DNA of 64,000 bases from Candidatus Latescibacterota bacterium (GCA_965207885.1 OZ242311.1:1344001-1408000); one strand, 5' to 3'; positions 9,244-20,077 are shown, counted from the stretch's first letter. Program-made: numbers and translations. Notes: generated by a model from the letters alone, not told the origin.

Positions 9244-10205
9244 GGCGAGAAATAGTGCTTCTTCAAGTTCAAAAACTAAAAAAATACTACCCCATTTCTC
9301 AGGGACTCTGGGGGCGCAACGCCGGGCATGTCAAAGCAGTAGATGACGTGAGCTTCGATATCTCTCCCGGCGAAACCCTCGGCCTGGTCGGCGAATCCGG
9401 ATGCGGAAAAACCACAACGGGACGCGCTATCTTGCGCCTTATTGATGCAACATCAGGCACCGTGCGATTCAAAAATACCGACATCCTCTCCCTGGGAAAA
9501 AAACAACTTCGAACACTGCGCCGGCACATGCAAATCATCTTTCAGGACCCTTACGGATCGCTCAACCCCCGTCTCACCATTGGCGGCATCCTCTCGGAAC
9601 CCCTGAAAATCCACGGCGACAAAACAAAAGATCGAGTCGCCGACCTGCTCAACACCGTGGGCTTATCTCCTGACGTCGCCCGCCGATATCCGCACGAATT
9701 TTCCGGTGGACAGCGACAGCGCATTGGCATTGCCCGCGCATTGGCTGTAAAACCGCAATTCATTGTCGCGGACGAACCCGTGTCTGCACTCGACGTATCG
9801 ATTCAGGCACAAATTGTAAACTTGCTCCAGGATTTACAGACACAGTTCGGCCTCGCCTATCTCTTTATCGCGCACGACCTGAGCGTGGTCAAACACATCT
9901 CCAACCGCGTGGCAGTCATGTACCTGGGCAAAATTGTCGAACTGGCAGAAAGCCAGGAACTCTACGACAATCCGCAGCATCCCTATACACGCGCATTGCT
10001 CTCATCAATCCCCATACCCGACCCGCGCGTCAGGGGATCGCGCACCATTTTAACAGGCGATGTGCCCAGCCCGGTCAACATACCTTCGGGTTGTGCATTT
10101 CATCCGCGCTGTCCCGAAGCAACGCCGGACTGCGCCCACCGCAAACCCGAACTCTTAGACATCGAACCCGGTCACAGCGTGGCCTGTATCTTGCGGCACA
10201 ACTAA
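9228..10205 (+). CDS. oppF: Oligopeptide/dipeptide ABC transporter ATP-binding subunit (start may be GTG 9255)
   Basis: [66 protein letters not shown]. Confidence 0.92.
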   Translation: MLDGIRREIVLLQVQKLKKYYPISQGLWGRNAGHVKAVDDVSFDISPGETLGLVGESGCGKTTTGRAILRLIDATSGTVRFKNTDILSLGKKQLRTLRRHMQIIFQDPYGSLNPRLTIGGILSEPLKIHGDKTKDRVADLLNTVGLSPDVARRYPHEFSGGQRQRIGIARALAVKPQFIVADEPVSALDVSIQAQIVNLLQDLQTQFGLAYLFIAHDLSVVKHISNRVAVMYLGKIVELAESQELYDNPQHPYTRALLSSIPIPDPRVRGSRTILTGDVPSPVNIPSGCAFHPRCPEATPDCAHRKPELLDIEPGHSVACILRHN

Positions 10206-10253
10206 GGCGCAGAACCCGTGTGCCAACTCACCCACTATTTCAAGGAGTCATAA

Positions 10254-13200
10254 GTGAAGGTCTTCAAAATATTAACGTTGCTGTGCCTCACCGGCCTCAT
10301 ATCCCACACCGTCCAGGCACAGCCCCCCTCTTTAGGTCCCGCCAAAGCCATTGGGGTTGACCTCGCCAATACCCCGCTGAACCGTCCGTCTCCCGATCAG
10401 AAAAGCTACACCTATTGGAAGCCCGAAACAGCCGACGGCTTTTTTCCATCGCTTTTGGGACTGCGTACGGCTGGCGCTCAAATGATCCGCACCAGATATT
10501 TCAATATCTACTTCTCTACAGCCGAAAAAACCGCCCGTCACATTGCCGATTTCTGCGATGAGGTTCTCTCGAATCTCATGCGCCATTACCCCACCTTTGT
10601 CGATCGCATTGCACCCATCCACGTCGTCGTTGACGATCAGGCGGATTATCTGGGCAATGCCTTTGCCGTGTACAGCGCCAATTACATCCACTTTTGGACC
10701 AACCCCATCGACTGGGAAATCCGCGGCACCAGTGACTGGGTACGCAATGTTTTTGTCCATGAACTCGCCCACATCGTAACACTGAAAGCCGCCTATAAGG
10801 GCTTGCCATTCCAAATTGGCATAGTCAACGCCTCTCGCGCCAATGAAAATCCCGATTTCAGCTTTACACTTGGCCTGTATCACCTCGCTGTCAACTCGGG
10901 TTTTGCCGAAGGCATCTCGCAATACGAAGCCACCGAATACGGCGACGACCGCTGGGACACACACCGCGATATGCTCCTGCGCATGGCCGCGCTCGAAAAT
11001 GACTTACTCTCCCTCCCCAGCATGGGGCAACTCGGCGGCAAGGGCAATTTCCACGGCGAAATGGTCTATAATCAGGGATATGCCATGCTCAACTACATTG
11101 GCGAACGCTTTAGTCCGAGTGTCGTCAGACAGATCTTTGAACACAGACCCATTATCAACTTCAACTCCTCGCTCAAAAAAGCCACTGGCGTATCGGCCAA
11201 ACAACTCTACCGCGACTGGAAAGCGCATATCGAAGAACAATACAGCGCAGTTCAAAGCGACATCCAAGAAGCCGGCGAACGCGAAGGCGAATTGATCGTC
11301 GATAGGGGCAATTTGGACTATCACCCGGTCTATTCCCCGCAAGGCGACAAGCTGGGCTTTATCTCCAACGACGACAGCGACTATTTCATCACCGAACTCA
11401 AAGTGATGGATCTCACCACCAAAAAAGTCACAAAAATAGCCGACCGCGTCGATAATCGCTTTGTCTGGACAGCCAGCGGCGACAGCCTGATGTACATCAA
11501 AGCCGTAGGCGCGCGTTGGGACATCTTCACCTATGACATCAAAACGAAAAAAGAAACCCGCGTCACCGTTGGTCTGCGCGGCAAAGACCCCACCCTCTCC
11601 CCCGATGGCAAACAAATCGCCTTTGTAACCATGAGAGATGGCACGGCGAACATCGGCCTTGTAAACACCGACGGCACCGATGTGCGGTACCTCACAAATA
11701 ACAACGACGCCACACAGTATTTTGGCCCAAAATGGTCGCCCGACGGCAAACACCTGCTCTTCAGCATATTCCGCACGGGCGAAGACCGCGACATTGCCAT
11801 CATCGACGTGAATGCCACAACCTGGGAAAAGAAAAAAGGCCGGCGTTCGCTGGAAAAAAAAGAAGTTGACACACAACTCGACAGCCTCCAGCAGGCAAAA
11901 GCCGACAGCCTCAAGGCATTTCCCGACAGCCTCGCCTATGCCAACAATGCCAACTTCAAAGCCATCGTACACTCCACAGCCGACGAACGCGATCCCGTCT
12001 GGCTGCCCGATGGCAGTGGATTTGTCTTCAGTTCGGACCGCACGGGCATCTTCAACCTCTACACCCACGACATGGCCACCGGAGAACAAAAGCAACTGAC
12101 CAATGTTGTGGGCGGCGCGTTTTTGCCCACGATATCCCCCGACGCCAAAGACGTGATCTACGCAGGGTATCATGCAGCGAACTACAACCTCTACCGCATT
12201 CCCCTATCCGAGGCCGTTGCCGTTGATCCCCCCGAGGGTATTGCGCGAGACTATGCCGAAATTTACACCGGCAAATCCATCACCGACCTTCACGACATCG
12301 GAAGGTATTCCACGCGCCTCGTCTCCTACGGCATCACACCCATCGCATTGCTGGGCCCCACATTTATCGGCAACCGATTCGGCCTGGATCAAATCAGCGC
12401 GGGTGTTCAATGGGCCTGGGGCGACCTGCTCGGCAGCGACGTTTTTGTAACCACCGCCCTGATCGGCAAAAACTTCAGACGGCAACAAGACTTCAACTCG
12501 GAATTCGCCTTCTACTACCAGAACAGCCTCACCCCCATTCTATCTGAACAAAGCACCTATGTCCCCCGCATCTTCTTTGGAGGCAGCAGGCAAACCATCA
12601 ACAGCATCGTGGATTTGGGTACCGTCCAAACCGTGCGCGATACACTGACCGGCACATTGATCACTCAAAACGACGAAGGACAACAGGTTTTAATCCCCAA
12701 TGTCACGCAGCACTTAGACCTCACGGTCACAGAAGAAGACGATTTTAAGGATGTATTCTCCGATTTTACGGTAGGCGCCGAAATGGGGGTAGGCCGCGGA
12801 CACTATTTCAGTCTGGCCTATGGCTACCGCAAGTATTCTGAAAACCTGCACGCCGTTCAGGTCCTCCACGACAGCTCTCGCGTCTTTCAGACCAATTTGG
12901 GGACAGGTGAGGTTGAAGACATCACCGATCAGATTCCCGGTCCGGGCTATGCATCGCAGGAAACCCTTCTCGACGATTTTCTCTACAAAGAACTCGACTT
13001 CTTCAAAAGTAACGAATGGATGGGCGGTTGGAGCTACATCACCCTCAAACCCGCCACCGACCTCTACATCAACCCATCGGGCGGTCGCGCATTATCCTTC
13101 CGCTATCGGCGCATCAACGCAACCGTGATAGATTCGCTGGCCCGCACGCCAGATCTGAACGAGGACTTTGTCCCGGATGCAATCGGCGAAGACCTGTCAC

Positions 13201-13829
13201 CCGCATTTTTCCGGGGCGATAAAGTCAACGTGGGATTCAACGAATACATCGCCTCCTTCAATGAATTTATCCCGCTCGTTGGCCGCTCAACACTCGCCCT
13301 ACAGGTCTTTGGAGCCTACAAAGACAGCTACGTTAAAGAAGTACAACAAGAAGGCGGCACATTTGAAGGCGTATTCTATTACCCCCTGCGCTATTATCTC
13401 GGTGGTCTGGGCACCTTGCGCGGCTATCCGTATTTCACAATCGCAGGCGGCAAAGCCCTCTTTGGTCGCACCACGCTGACCCTGCCCATCTTTAAGCACA
13501 TCGGTGCGGAACTGCCGCCCCTCTTTTTTGACAAAGTTTACGCCTCGCTCTTCTTTGAGTTTGGCGGCACATCCAATGCCGCCAGCATCGGCGATATTTT
13601 TGACGTAAATGAAGAAGTACACAGTGGGCGGTGGGACAAATTCAAAGACTCTTTCCTATTCGACTACGGCGCCGAAATTCGATTCCAGGTGTTTTCACAT
13701 TACCGCTTGCCCATGTTCGGCTATTTCATAGTTGCCCGTCCCACCAAACTCGAAGTCCCGTCCCGCAACAATCCCGACATTATCGAAGAAGTAAGCGGGA
13801 TGCGATTCTATTTTGGCCTGTCATTGTAA
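10254..13829 (+). CDS. Outer-membrane protein: gluzincin-like peptidase domain + TolB-like (PD40) beta-propeller + BamA/TamA-like C-terminal barrel
   Basis: Signal peptide; HELAH (HExxH) followed by FAEG; repeated P..SPDGK propeller blades; YYLGG...LRGY loop-6-like motif; C-terminal amphipathic strand RFYFGLSL. Confidence 0.75.
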   Translation: MKVFKILTLLCLTGLISHTVQAQPPSLGPAKAIGVDLANTPLNRPSPDQKSYTYWKPETADGFFPSLLGLRTAGAQMIRTRYFNIYFSTAEKTARHIADFCDEVLSNLMRHYPTFVDRIAPIHVVVDDQADYLGNAFAVYSANYIHFWTNPIDWEIRGTSDWVRNVFVHELAHIVTLKAAYKGLPFQIGIVNASRANENPDFSFTLGLYHLAVNSGFAEGISQYEATEYGDDRWDTHRDMLLRMAALENDLLSLPSMGQLGGKGNFHGEMVYNQGYAMLNYIGERFSPSVVRQIFEHRPIINFNSSLKKATGVSAKQLYRDWKAHIEEQYSAVQSDIQEAGEREGELIVDRGNLDYHPVYSPQGDKLGFISNDDSDYFITELKVMDLTTKKVTKIADRVDNRFVWTASGDSLMYIKAVGARWDIFTYDIKTKKETRVTVGLRGKDPTLSPDGKQIAFVTMRDGTANIGLVNTDGTDVRYLTNNNDATQYFGPKWSPDGKHLLFSIFRTGEDRDIAIIDVNATTWEKKKGRRSLEKKEVDTQLDSLQQAKADSLKAFPDSLAYANNANFKAIVHSTADERDPVWLPDGSGFVFSSDRTGIFNLYTHDMATGEQKQLTNVVGGAFLPTISPDAKDVIYAGYHAANYNLYRIPLSEAVAVDPPEGIARDYAEIYTGKSITDLHDIGRYSTRLVSYGITPIALLGPTFIGNRFGLDQISAGVQWAWGDLLGSDVFVTTALIGKNFRRQQDFNSEFAFYYQNSLTPILSEQSTYVPRIFFGGSRQTINSIVDLGTVQTVRDTLTGTLITQNDEGQQVLIPNVTQHLDLTVTEEDDFKDVFSDFTVGAEMGVGRGHYFSLAYGYRKYSENLHAVQVLHDSSRVFQTNLGTGEVEDITDQIPGPGYASQETLLDDFLYKELDFFKSNEWMGGWSYITLKPATDLYINPSGGRALSFRYRRINATVIDSLARTPDLNEDFVPDAIGEDLSPAFFRGDKVNVGFNEYIASFNEFIPLVGRSTLALQVFGAYKDSYVKEVQQEGGTFEGVFYYPLRYYLGGLGTLRGYPYFTIAGGKALFGRTTLTLPIFKHIGAELPPLFFDKVYASLFFEFGGTSNAASIGDIFDVNEEVHSGRWDKFKDSFLFDYGAEIRFQVFSHYRLPMFGYFIVARPTKLEVPSRNNPDIIEEVSGMRFYFGLSL

Positions 13830-13846
13830 AGCCATCTCTCGCAATC

Positions 13847-13881
13847 AAGTGCCCCGCCTTATAAACCGGTGGGGCACTTTT
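13847..13881 (+). terminator. Intrinsic terminator-like hairpin
   Basis: AAGTGCCCC...GGGGCACTTTT immediately after the stop at 13829. Confidence 0.65.
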
Positions 13882-13897
13882 CGCTGTTCTAACGCTT

Positions 13898-14764
13898 ATG
13901 CTCCAACTCATCCACGCGATGCGCCCGCGCGAATGGGTCAAAAATGTCTTTGTATTGGCCGCACTCGTTTTTACCAAACGCATTTTTGAACCCAGCGACC
14001 TCCTGCAAGGCAGTCTGGCCTTTCTCTGTTTCTGCCTCATATCTGGCGCAGCGTATCTTTTCAACGACATCCGAGACAAAGAAAACGACCACCAGCATCC
14101 TCTAAAACGCAACCGCCCGATAGCTTCGGGTGCTCTCCGCGTCTCTGTCGCCGCCATCGCCGCTGTTCTCCTCGCCCTGACCGCCCTGATCGGGGGATTT
14201 TATGTGCATCCCCATTTTGGCATCGTCCTCCTTATCTATGCAGTAATGAACATCGCCTATACGCTGTACCTCAAACACATCGTCATACTCGATGTGATGA
14301 TCATTGCCGCGGGATTTCTTCTGCGCGCCATCGGCGGTGCAGTGGCGATTCAGGTCGCCATTTCCTCCTGGTTCATCCTCTGTACCATGCTACTGGCTCT
14401 TTTCCTCGGCTTTGCCAAGCGCCGGCATGAACTCGCCCTGCTCGAAGGAGATGCCAGCGCCCACCGCCGCATCCTCGCAGAATATTCCCCACAATTTCTC
14501 GACCAGATGATCGCCATCGTCACAGCCGGCGCACTGGTATCCTACGCACTTTACACCATGTCGCCCGAAGTCATTGAAAAACTCGGCACCAAATACCTCA
14601 ACCTCACCATACCCTTTGTGATCTACGGTATGTTGCGCTACCTCTATCTCATCTACAAAAAAGATGGGGGCGGCAACCCCACCTCCACTGTATTAGGCGA
14701 TATCCCTCTCCTGATCGCCTGCGCCCTGTGGTTACTAACCCTGGGTGTAATACTCTACGTCTAA
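13898..14764 (+). CDS. UbiA family prenyltransferase (decaprenyl-phosphate phosphoribosyltransferase-like)
   Basis: MRP.EWVKN, YLFNDIRD..ND.QHP.KRNRPIASG, KRRHEL; multiple TM helices. Confidence 0.88.
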   Translation: MLQLIHAMRPREWVKNVFVLAALVFTKRIFEPSDLLQGSLAFLCFCLISGAAYLFNDIRDKENDHQHPLKRNRPIASGALRVSVAAIAAVLLALTALIGGFYVHPHFGIVLLIYAVMNIAYTLYLKHIVILDVMIIAAGFLLRAIGGAVAIQVAISSWFILCTMLLALFLGFAKRRHELALLEGDASAHRRILAEYSPQFLDQMIAIVTAGALVSYALYTMSPEVIEKLGTKYLNLTIPFVIYGMLRYLYLIYKKDGGGNPTSTVLGDIPLLIACALWLLTLGVILYV

Positions 14765-14893
14765 CCTCTCAGCCGCTCTGTCACTGAATCAGTTTTTATT
14801 TTCACCCCTGCACGCGGGCATTGTGAAAAGACTTCGTATTTTGTATTTTGAACCCCTGATCGTTTTTAATCCCTTCACACAAGGAGTTCCCGA

Positions 14894-16462
14894 ATGCCAG
14901 AGCGACCAAATATTTTGCTGATTATGAACGACGATATGGGCTATTCTGATATTGGATGTTACGGAGGTGAAATCCACACGCCAAATTTAGATCTACTTGC
15001 TGCCAATGGGTTGCGATTCACCCAATTTTACAACACAGCGCGGTGCTGCCCTACGCGGGCATCGCTGCTCACGGGATTGCACCCCCATCAAGCCAGTGTG
15101 GGACACATGATGGATGACCGGGAATACGAAGGGTATCGGGGCGATCTGAACTTTAAGAGCGTAACCATTGCCGAAGTACTCAAGACCGTGGGATATGCGA
15201 CCTATATGAGCGGCAAATGGCATATTACGCGGCATACAGATGCAGACGGTCCCAAACACAGTTGGCCCTGTCAGCGCGGATTTGATCGCTTTTTTGGCAT
15301 CATTACCGGTGCCGCCAATTATTGGAAGCCACAAACACTCACACGAGACAACGAGCAAATTACAGTGGATGAATTTCCAGAGGATTTCTTTTTGACCGAC
15401 GCCATCAGCGATCAGGCAGCGGATTATATCCGCGAACACGCGCAGACAAACGGAGATCAGCCATTCTTTTTATATACCGCATATACCGCACCCCATTGGC
15501 CCCTGCACGCGCATGATGAAGATATTGCAAAATACAAAGACCGTTTTGCCGCGGGATGGGATCAACTGCGCGAAGAGCGTTTGGCGCGCATGCGCGAAAT
15601 GGGCATCTTGAAACCCGAATGGGGACTGAGCGACCGCGACCCTTCTCAAGTGCCCTGGGAAGAAGCCGATCACAAGGCGTGGCAGCAACGGCGCATGGAA
15701 GTCTATGCCGCACAAGTCGATCGCATGGATCAGGGCATTGGGCGCATCGTCCAATCCCTCGAAGAGACCGGGCAACTGGACAACACCCTGATCGTATTTT
15801 TAGCCGACAATGGGGGATGTGCCGAAGAGCTGGGAGGCGGCATGAGACGCAGCGCGATTGCACCGGCCACCACGCGCAATGGACGGCCAGTCCAACGCGG
15901 CAACGATCCAAACATCATGCCGGGTGACGAAACCACGTACCAGAGCTACGGCGTACCCTGGGCCAATGTATCCAACACGCCATTTCGCCTGTACAAGCAC
16001 TGGGTTCACGAAGGCGGCATTGCAACGCCCTTTATCGTACACTGGCCCGCTCATGTAACAGATCACGGCACATTGCGCGAGCAACCCGGCCAGCTTACCG
16101 ATGTCATGGCAACCTGTCTCGATATATCGGGCGCCGAGTATCCCGAGACCTATAATGGACACGAGATTTTGCCACTCGAAGGTACATCGCTGACACCGAT
16201 CTTTGATAACCAGGACAACGGCAAAGAATATCTGATCTGGGAACACGAAGGCAATGGCGCAGTTCGCAAAGGCAAGTGGAAACTGGTCAAGCGCTACCCG
16301 GGCGATTGGGAGCTATACGATATTGAAGCCGACAGATCGGAACTCGACGATCTGGCAAATGACAATCCCGATGTCGTATCCGAACTCGCGGCAATTTACG
16401 ACGCCTGGGCAGAGCGTTGTGGGATTGAGCCCTGGGCCAATATCCTCGCAAAGCGCGGGTAA
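14894..16462 (+). CDS. Arylsulfatase (FGly-dependent)
   Basis: PNILLIMNDDMGYSD, CCPTRASLLTG (CxPxR), GKWH, APHWPL, ADNG. Confidence 0.93.
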   Translation: MPERPNILLIMNDDMGYSDIGCYGGEIHTPNLDLLAANGLRFTQFYNTARCCPTRASLLTGLHPHQASVGHMMDDREYEGYRGDLNFKSVTIAEVLKTVGYATYMSGKWHITRHTDADGPKHSWPCQRGFDRFFGIITGAANYWKPQTLTRDNEQITVDEFPEDFFLTDAISDQAADYIREHAQTNGDQPFFLYTAYTAPHWPLHAHDEDIAKYKDRFAAGWDQLREERLARMREMGILKPEWGLSDRDPSQVPWEEADHKAWQQRRMEVYAAQVDRMDQGIGRIVQSLEETGQLDNTLIVFLADNGGCAEELGGGMRRSAIAPATTRNGRPVQRGNDPNIMPGDETTYQSYGVPWANVSNTPFRLYKHWVHEGGIATPFIVHWPAHVTDHGTLREQPGQLTDVMATCLDISGAEYPETYNGHEILPLEGTSLTPIFDNQDNGKEYLIWEHEGNGAVRKGKWKLVKRYPGDWELYDIEADRSELDDLANDNPDVVSELAAIYDAWAERCGIEPWANILAKRG

Positions 16463-16479
16463 GTAAAAAGGAAAAAACC

Positions 16480-17235
16480 ATGACACCGACAGATATCACA
16501 GATGAAATGCTGGCAACATACCGGCGCGATGGCGTCATAAAAATCCCGCAGATCATCTCACCGGATGAAGTTGCAAAATTTCGTCAGGCATCTCTGGATA
16601 TACTGGAAGCCATGCCAAAAGATCCAAACCGTCCATTTAACCAAAAAGTGAATGTATGGCGAGAAGACGAAGTATTGCGAAACTTGACGCAACACCCAAA
16701 TGTCGGCGCAGTCGCAGAAAAAATTGCGGACGTGCGATTGCGGATCTGGCACGATCACATCCTGGCAAAAATGCCAGAACTCGAAGTACCGACAGCATTC
16801 CATCAAGACCTGGTGAAATGGCCCTATGATCGCAATTCCAATGCCCTATCGGCGTGGATCGCGCTACAGGATACCCCCGTAGAAATGGGATGCATGTCAT
16901 TTGTACAGGGATCGCACGAAATGAAAGACATACCGGACATGGCGACAAATAACCAGGAGGGATGGCGGGAATTCGCACCGGAAATCGCGTGGCGCACCAG
17001 GGTAACGCACCCGCTTCAGGCGGGGGATTGCACATTTCATCACGGAATGACATTTCACACCGCGGGACCGAATCAGACAGATAATTGGCGGGTGGGATAC
17101 GTGATAATTTTCGTCGATGCAGCAGCAAAATACACCGGCAAAAAACATGTCGTCACAGATCCCCTGGAATTGGCACCCGATACATTGCCGCCAGATGATC
17201 ATTTTCCACCCGTAGTGAAATTTTATGGAGACTGA
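16480..17235 (+). CDS. Phytanoyl-CoA dioxygenase (PhyH) family Fe(II)/2OG dioxygenase
   Basis: FHQD, SAWIAL, GCM.FV.GSH, AGDCTFHHGMTFH.AGPN...R. Confidence 0.88.
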   Translation: MTPTDITDEMLATYRRDGVIKIPQIISPDEVAKFRQASLDILEAMPKDPNRPFNQKVNVWREDEVLRNLTQHPNVGAVAEKIADVRLRIWHDHILAKMPELEVPTAFHQDLVKWPYDRNSNALSAWIALQDTPVEMGCMSFVQGSHEMKDIPDMATNNQEGWREFAPEIAWRTRVTHPLQAGDCTFHHGMTFHTAGPNQTDNWRVGYVIIFVDAAAKYTGKKHVVTDPLELAPDTLPPDDHFPPVVKFYGD

Positions 17236-17238
17236 AAA

Positions 17239-18657
17239 ATGAGCACCCCCAACATAATTTTAATGATGTGCGACGACCTGGGATATGGCGACGTGGGATT
17301 TAACGGGAACGAAGTAATCAAAACGCCAAATTTAGACCGCCTGGCGAGCAATGGGATTCGGTTCACGCGATTTTATGCGGGAGGACCAGTGTGTTCCCCA
17401 ACGCGGGGAACGTGTTTGACCGGGCGACACTATTTTCGATATGGCGTAACACATGCCAATCGCGGACACTTGCCCACACAGGAAATAACACTGGCACGAA
17501 TGTTAAAATCCTTCGGCTATGCGACCGGACACTTTGGCAAATGGCATCTGGGAACCCTGGACCCGAATTATTCGGGCAAACCCAATCGCAATCCAGCGCG
17601 CAATTACGCCCCACCCTGGGATCGGGATTACGATGCGTCTTTTGCCACGGAATACGCGGTTCCCACCTGGGATCCAGCAGTAGATATTAACCAGAGATCC
17701 GGAAAGCGTTTGGACCGTCCCTGGGCCTCTCCGTACTACGAAAATGGAAAACTGGCAACGGAAAATCTGGAAGGATGCGACTCCCGGGTATTGATGGATC
17801 GCGCAATACCATTTATCGAACAAGCTGTTGAAAATGGTGAGCAATTCCTTACGACAATCTGGTTTCACGCACCCCACAGCCCCGTCGTTGCCGGACCGGA
17901 ATATCGCGCAATGTACGCCGAATACAGCGAAGATGAGCAGCACTATTACGGCTGTATCACCGCCATAGACGATCAGGTGGGGCGGTTGTATCACGCATTG
18001 GAAGCATGGGGCGTAGCCGACAACACCATGATCTGGTTCTGTTCGGACAACGGCCCCGAAGGCCGCACAGGTCAAAGTGGCCGCAGCCGGGGATCAACAG
18101 GCGGATTACGTGGACGCAAACGATCTTTGTTTGACGGCGGCGTGGGCGTACCCGCGCTATTGCACTGGCCAGGTCATGCAGAACCCGGGCGCACAGTGGA
18201 AATGCCGTGCAGCACACTGGATTACTTCCCCACAATCGCCGAGGTCATGGGATATGAAATGCCCGATAATCGCCCCATTGACGGCATCAGTCTCCTGCCC
18301 GTGATTGAAGGAAACATGACAGAACGTCCCGTTCCCATTCCATATCGATTCAACAGCGGAAAAAACTCAATGTTTGGCGCCCCGACCATCTCAAGGATCG
18401 ACAATCGCTATAAATGCCTGACCAATTTATCGAGCGACGGCAGTGAAGATCTGTGTTTTGACATGATTGAAGACCGCGCAGAAACGATCAATTTGGCGAA
18501 CGAGCAACGCGAGCGGATGGGACAAACCCGCGAGACCCTGCGCCAATGGCTCCGCTCCTGCGAAGCCAGCCACAACGGTGGGGATTACGACGAGGCTTAT
18601 GAACCCGTCGCGCCATTTGAAGAAGTCACCGGAGACTGGCCTGGAAGAAGAAATTAG
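17239..18657 (+). CDS. Sulfatase
   Basis: PNIILMMCDDLGYGD, VCSPTRGTCLTG, GKWHLG, SDNGPE. Confidence 0.92.
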   Translation: MSTPNIILMMCDDLGYGDVGFNGNEVIKTPNLDRLASNGIRFTRFYAGGPVCSPTRGTCLTGRHYFRYGVTHANRGHLPTQEITLARMLKSFGYATGHFGKWHLGTLDPNYSGKPNRNPARNYAPPWDRDYDASFATEYAVPTWDPAVDINQRSGKRLDRPWASPYYENGKLATENLEGCDSRVLMDRAIPFIEQAVENGEQFLTTIWFHAPHSPVVAGPEYRAMYAEYSEDEQHYYGCITAIDDQVGRLYHALEAWGVADNTMIWFCSDNGPEGRTGQSGRSRGSTGGLRGRKRSLFDGGVGVPALLHWPGHAEPGRTVEMPCSTLDYFPTIAEVMGYEMPDNRPIDGISLLPVIEGNMTERPVPIPYRFNSGKNSMFGAPTISRIDNRYKCLTNLSSDGSEDLCFDMIEDRAETINLANEQRERMGQTRETLRQWLRSCEASHNGGDYDEAYEPVAPFEEVTGDWPGRRN

Positions 18658-18666
18658 AGGTATTGA

Positions 18667-19905
18667 ATGGCAACTCAATTTGGCGATGAACGCGATTGGT
18701 TTTTGGAAAAGCGATTTGGTATGTTCGTCCACTGGGGAATTTACGCAATCCCCGGATGGCAAGAACAGCATCAATGGCGCGGACGCATGCCCGCAAATGA
18801 ATACGTGAAATTAGCCGAGCAGTGGAATCCCACAAACTTCAATCCCGACGCGTGGTTAGATCTCGCAGAAGAAGCCGAGATGCAATACATCATCGTCACA
18901 ACCAAACACCACGATGGATTCTGCTTGTGGGATACAGCGCACACGGCATTCAACACAATGAATACGCCGTACGGAAAAGACCTGATGGCAATGCTCGCCG
19001 ATGCGTGTCACAAGCGCAACTTCCCCCTGGGCTTTTATTATTCAATTGCCGACTGGCACCACTCCAATTACCCCAATCAGGGACGACATCACGAACTGCC
19101 CCAACCCAAGCCTGGAGATGATCCCGACTTGATGAAATACCTCGAATTTCTGAAGGCGCAGGTATGGGAATTGTGTACCCATTACGGAAAATTGCACGCA
19201 TTCTGGTGGGATATGAACGTGGATGAACACTTCGATCCATCTATCAACGCGATGATTCGGTCGCTACAACCCGCGGCAGTAATCAACAATCGGGGATTTG
19301 ACCCCGGTGATTTTGGAACGCCCGAGCGCGATCATGTGCAAGGCATAGATACCCAGCAGTCATTTGATCGACTGACCGAAGCGTGTCAGTCCGTGGGAAT
19401 TGAAAGCTGGGGCTATCGGGTAGATGAGGATTATTATACAGATCGCCATTTGATACGGAGCATTGATCGGTATCTCGCGCGCGACGCAAACTACTTACTC
19501 AACGTAGGCCCCAAACCCGACGGCACAATTCCAGACGCATCCAGAGGCATCTTGAAACGCATAGGAAAATGGTATCGCGCAGTAGAAGAAGCGGTCAAAG
19601 ACGTAGAACCCGCGTCGCACTTAACGCGCAATCGCGATATACTATTAACGCGCCGGGACAATGTGATCTACGTACACCTGGTAAACGACCCGCGAACAAG
19701 CGGCGTAAAACTCGACCCAATCGCAATCGCACCAAAGAAAGCGACCCTGCTAAACACAGGTGAACCTGTGGATTTTACCGTGGATCTGGTACCGACCAAT
19801 CACATAGAACACAAACCCTATTTGAGGTTACAGAACTTGCCAGTAAATGAACTGGTCAATACCGTAATAGTAGTAAAACTCGAATTTGACGAAGTAATTG
19901 AATAA
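18667..19905 (+). CDS. Alpha-L-fucosidase (GH29)
   Basis: WF...RFGMFVHWGIY, TTKHHDGFCLW, WWD nucleophile region, INNR, LLNVGP..DG. Confidence 0.92.
   Translation: MATQFGDERDWFLEKRFGMFVHWGIYAIPGWQEQHQWRGRMPANEYVKLAEQWNPTNFNPDAWLDLAEEAEMQYIIVTTKHHDGFCLWDTAHTAFNTMNTPYGKDLMAMLADACHKRNFPLGFYYSIADWHHSNYPNQGRHHELPQPKPGDDPDLMKYLEFLKAQVWELCTHYGKLHAFWWDMNVDEHFDPSINAMIRSLQPAAVINNRGFDPGDFGTPERDHVQGIDTQQSFDRLTEACQSVGIESWGYRVDEDYYTDRHLIRSIDRYLARDANYLLNVGPKPDGTIPDASRGILKRIGKWYRAVEEAVKDVEPASHLTRNRDILLTRRDNVIYVHLVNDPRTSGVKLDPIAIAPKKATLLNTGEPVDFTVDLVPTNHIEHKPYLRLQNLPVNELVNTVIVVKLEFDEVIE
18679..18707 (+). repeat. 29-bp direct repeat copy 1 (5' end of fucosidase gene)
   Basis: TTTGGCGATGAACGCGATTGGTTTTTGGA; 28/29 identical to 20042..20070. 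Confidence 0.85.
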
Positions 19906-20021
19906 AGTGCAAGGTGGGATGACTTAGGTGTATTGCGGGTGAGCAAGGACTTGATATAACTCAGAACTTCCTCGGCAATATGTATTAAAAAAGAAGAGCA
20001 GTTTGTGCGTCCAATCTATTT

Positions 20022-20044
20022 GTGCAACCAACGGTTGCACTTTT
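20022..20044 (+). terminator. Terminator-like hairpin downstream of fucosidase
   Basis: GTGCAACC-AAC-GGTTGCAC-TTTT. Confidence 0.55.
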
Positions 20045-20070
20045 GGCGATGAACGCGATTTGTTTTTGGA
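20042..20070 (+). repeat. 29-bp direct repeat copy 2, overlapping RBS of hydrolase gene
   Basis: TTTGGCGATGAACGCGATTTGTTTTTGGA, then GAAAATC and ATG at 20078. Confidence 0.85.
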
Positions 20071-20077
20071 GAAAATC

